From Williopsis jadinii (lineage: Eukaryota), in assembly GCA_024346625.1 (NCBI GenBank), contig AP024668.1, positions 1-64,000 of the forward strand: a stretch of 64,000 bases of DNA. The letters run 5' to 3'. A program made the translations under genes and the position numbers. The notes beneath the pieces were generated by a model. The model had not been told where the DNA came from and made no database searches. It was given only the letters and a program-made list of their open reading frames with translations. Shown piece after piece: positions 63,197-64,000 of the stretch. How positions within the stretch are numbered: the first letter of the stretch is position 1; each line of letters starts with the position of its first letter.

Positions 63197-64000
63197 TTAA
63201 TTCGAAAGACCGAGATACTTTGCATGATGCGCAGCATGTTGTGCAGTGAATGAAGAGATGAAGTAATAAGAATGATCGAACCCTTCTTCGTAGTTGACGC
63301 TGACTTTGCCCTCGAACGGAGTGCCCTTGGATGCCTCAACCAAGTTCTCTGGGAGCAATTGGTGGTCCCTGTAGTAGAAAGGATCAGCCTTACCAACATG
63401 GATCAAGATCTCTGGAGATGGACCTTCGTAGGCCTTGATCAAGTCTGTTGGGTCGTACTTAGCCCACTGGGACTTGTCATCGCCTAAGTAACCACCAAAG
63501 TTCTTCTCACCCCATTGACACTTTGAAGGGTTTGAGATTGGGGCGAAAGCACTGACTGATTTGTACTTTGAAGGGTTTTGCAAGAAGCCAGAGAGCGCAC
63601 CGTATCCTCCCATTGAGTGGCCAGTGATTGAGATGGTGTCAAAGTCCAACTTGTCGAATTGCTCAGCCAGCTTTGTCTGGAGCTCACCATGGACGTAGGA
63701 GTACATTCTGTAGTTGGTCTTGAACTTCTCAGTGGTGGCATCCACGTAGAAACCCGCACCTGAACCAAAGTCCCAGGAGTCGTCTTCACCTTCGATGCCA
63801 GCACCTCTTGGAGATGTATCTGGGAACACAACTGCAAACCCGTACTTATCAGCTTGAGGTTGCCAGAAGGCCTTCTCAGAGGCATTGTTGGGAGTACAAG
63901 TCAGTCCTGACAAATAGAGCAACACCGGGATCGACTTCGAGGAGGCAGAGTCATATTGCTTTGGCAAGTAGACGTTGACCTCCATCTTCGTCTTGGTCTC
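63197..64000 (-). CDS. S-formylglutathione hydrolase (esterase D); 5' end lies beyond the window
   Basis: LSGLTCT..N, PDTSPRG, WDFGSGAGFYVDAT, GHSMGG, FDHSYYF; the frame is open to the window edge. Confidence 0.95.
   Translation of the reverse strand, partial: ETKTKMEVNVYLPKQYDSASSKSIPVLLYLSGLTCTPNNASEKAFWQPQADKYGFAVVFPDTSPRGAGIEGEDDSWDFGSGAGFYVDATTEKFKTNYRMYSYVHGELQTKLAEQFDKLDFDTISITGHSMGGYGALSGFLQNPSKYKSVSAFAPISNPSKCQWGEKNFGGYLGDDKSQWAKYDPTDLIKAYEGPSPEILIHVGKADPFYYRDHQLLPENLVEASKGTPFEGKVSVNYEEGFDHSYYFISSFTAQHAAHHAKYLGLSN

Overview
Left end of a budding-yeast (Saccharomycotina) chromosome. It opens with a perfect telomeric array (CACCCAGA)22, i.e. TCTGGGTG/GGGTGTCT on the other strand; together with the gene content this suggests a Cyberlindnera-like yeast, which is inference only. 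About 8 kb of non-coding subtelomere follows: a 14-bp and a 59-bp minisatellite, decayed tandem duplications and a possible solo LTR. From 8 to 25 kb lies a nutrient-scavenging island. Its core is a four-gene cluster of two divergent pairs: thymine-7-hydroxylase-like 2OG dioxygenase / HyuA-DUF917 fusion, and aldo-keto reductase / NCS1 permease. Both divergent promoters share GATAA sites and a repeated GGTGG(A/C)G motif. The island continues with a TauD-like dioxygenase, two UGA4-like permeases and a pseudouridine glycosidase-kinase fusion. The rest is mostly core genes: LYS9, a LicD/Mnn4-like protein, an XlnR/AraR-family Zn2Cys6 factor, a 3.4-kb gene-free gap with an AT-rich, repeat-bearing part, OCA4, NOT1/CDC39, CDC50, UBC1, BRE5, POP2, INO1, a GPI wall protein, tRNA-Asp, LSB6, BUD16, DUG2, SAF1 and a truncated S-formylglutathione hydrolase. 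Top leads: (1) the co-regulated putative modified-pyrimidine/hydantoin catabolic cluster; (2) a NOT1 gene whose conserved N-terminal domain has no AUG (1089 nt free of ATG in all frames), implying non-AUG initiation; (3) an XlnR-family regulator in a yeast. Family calls come from recognised motifs and remembered sequences; no searches were run.
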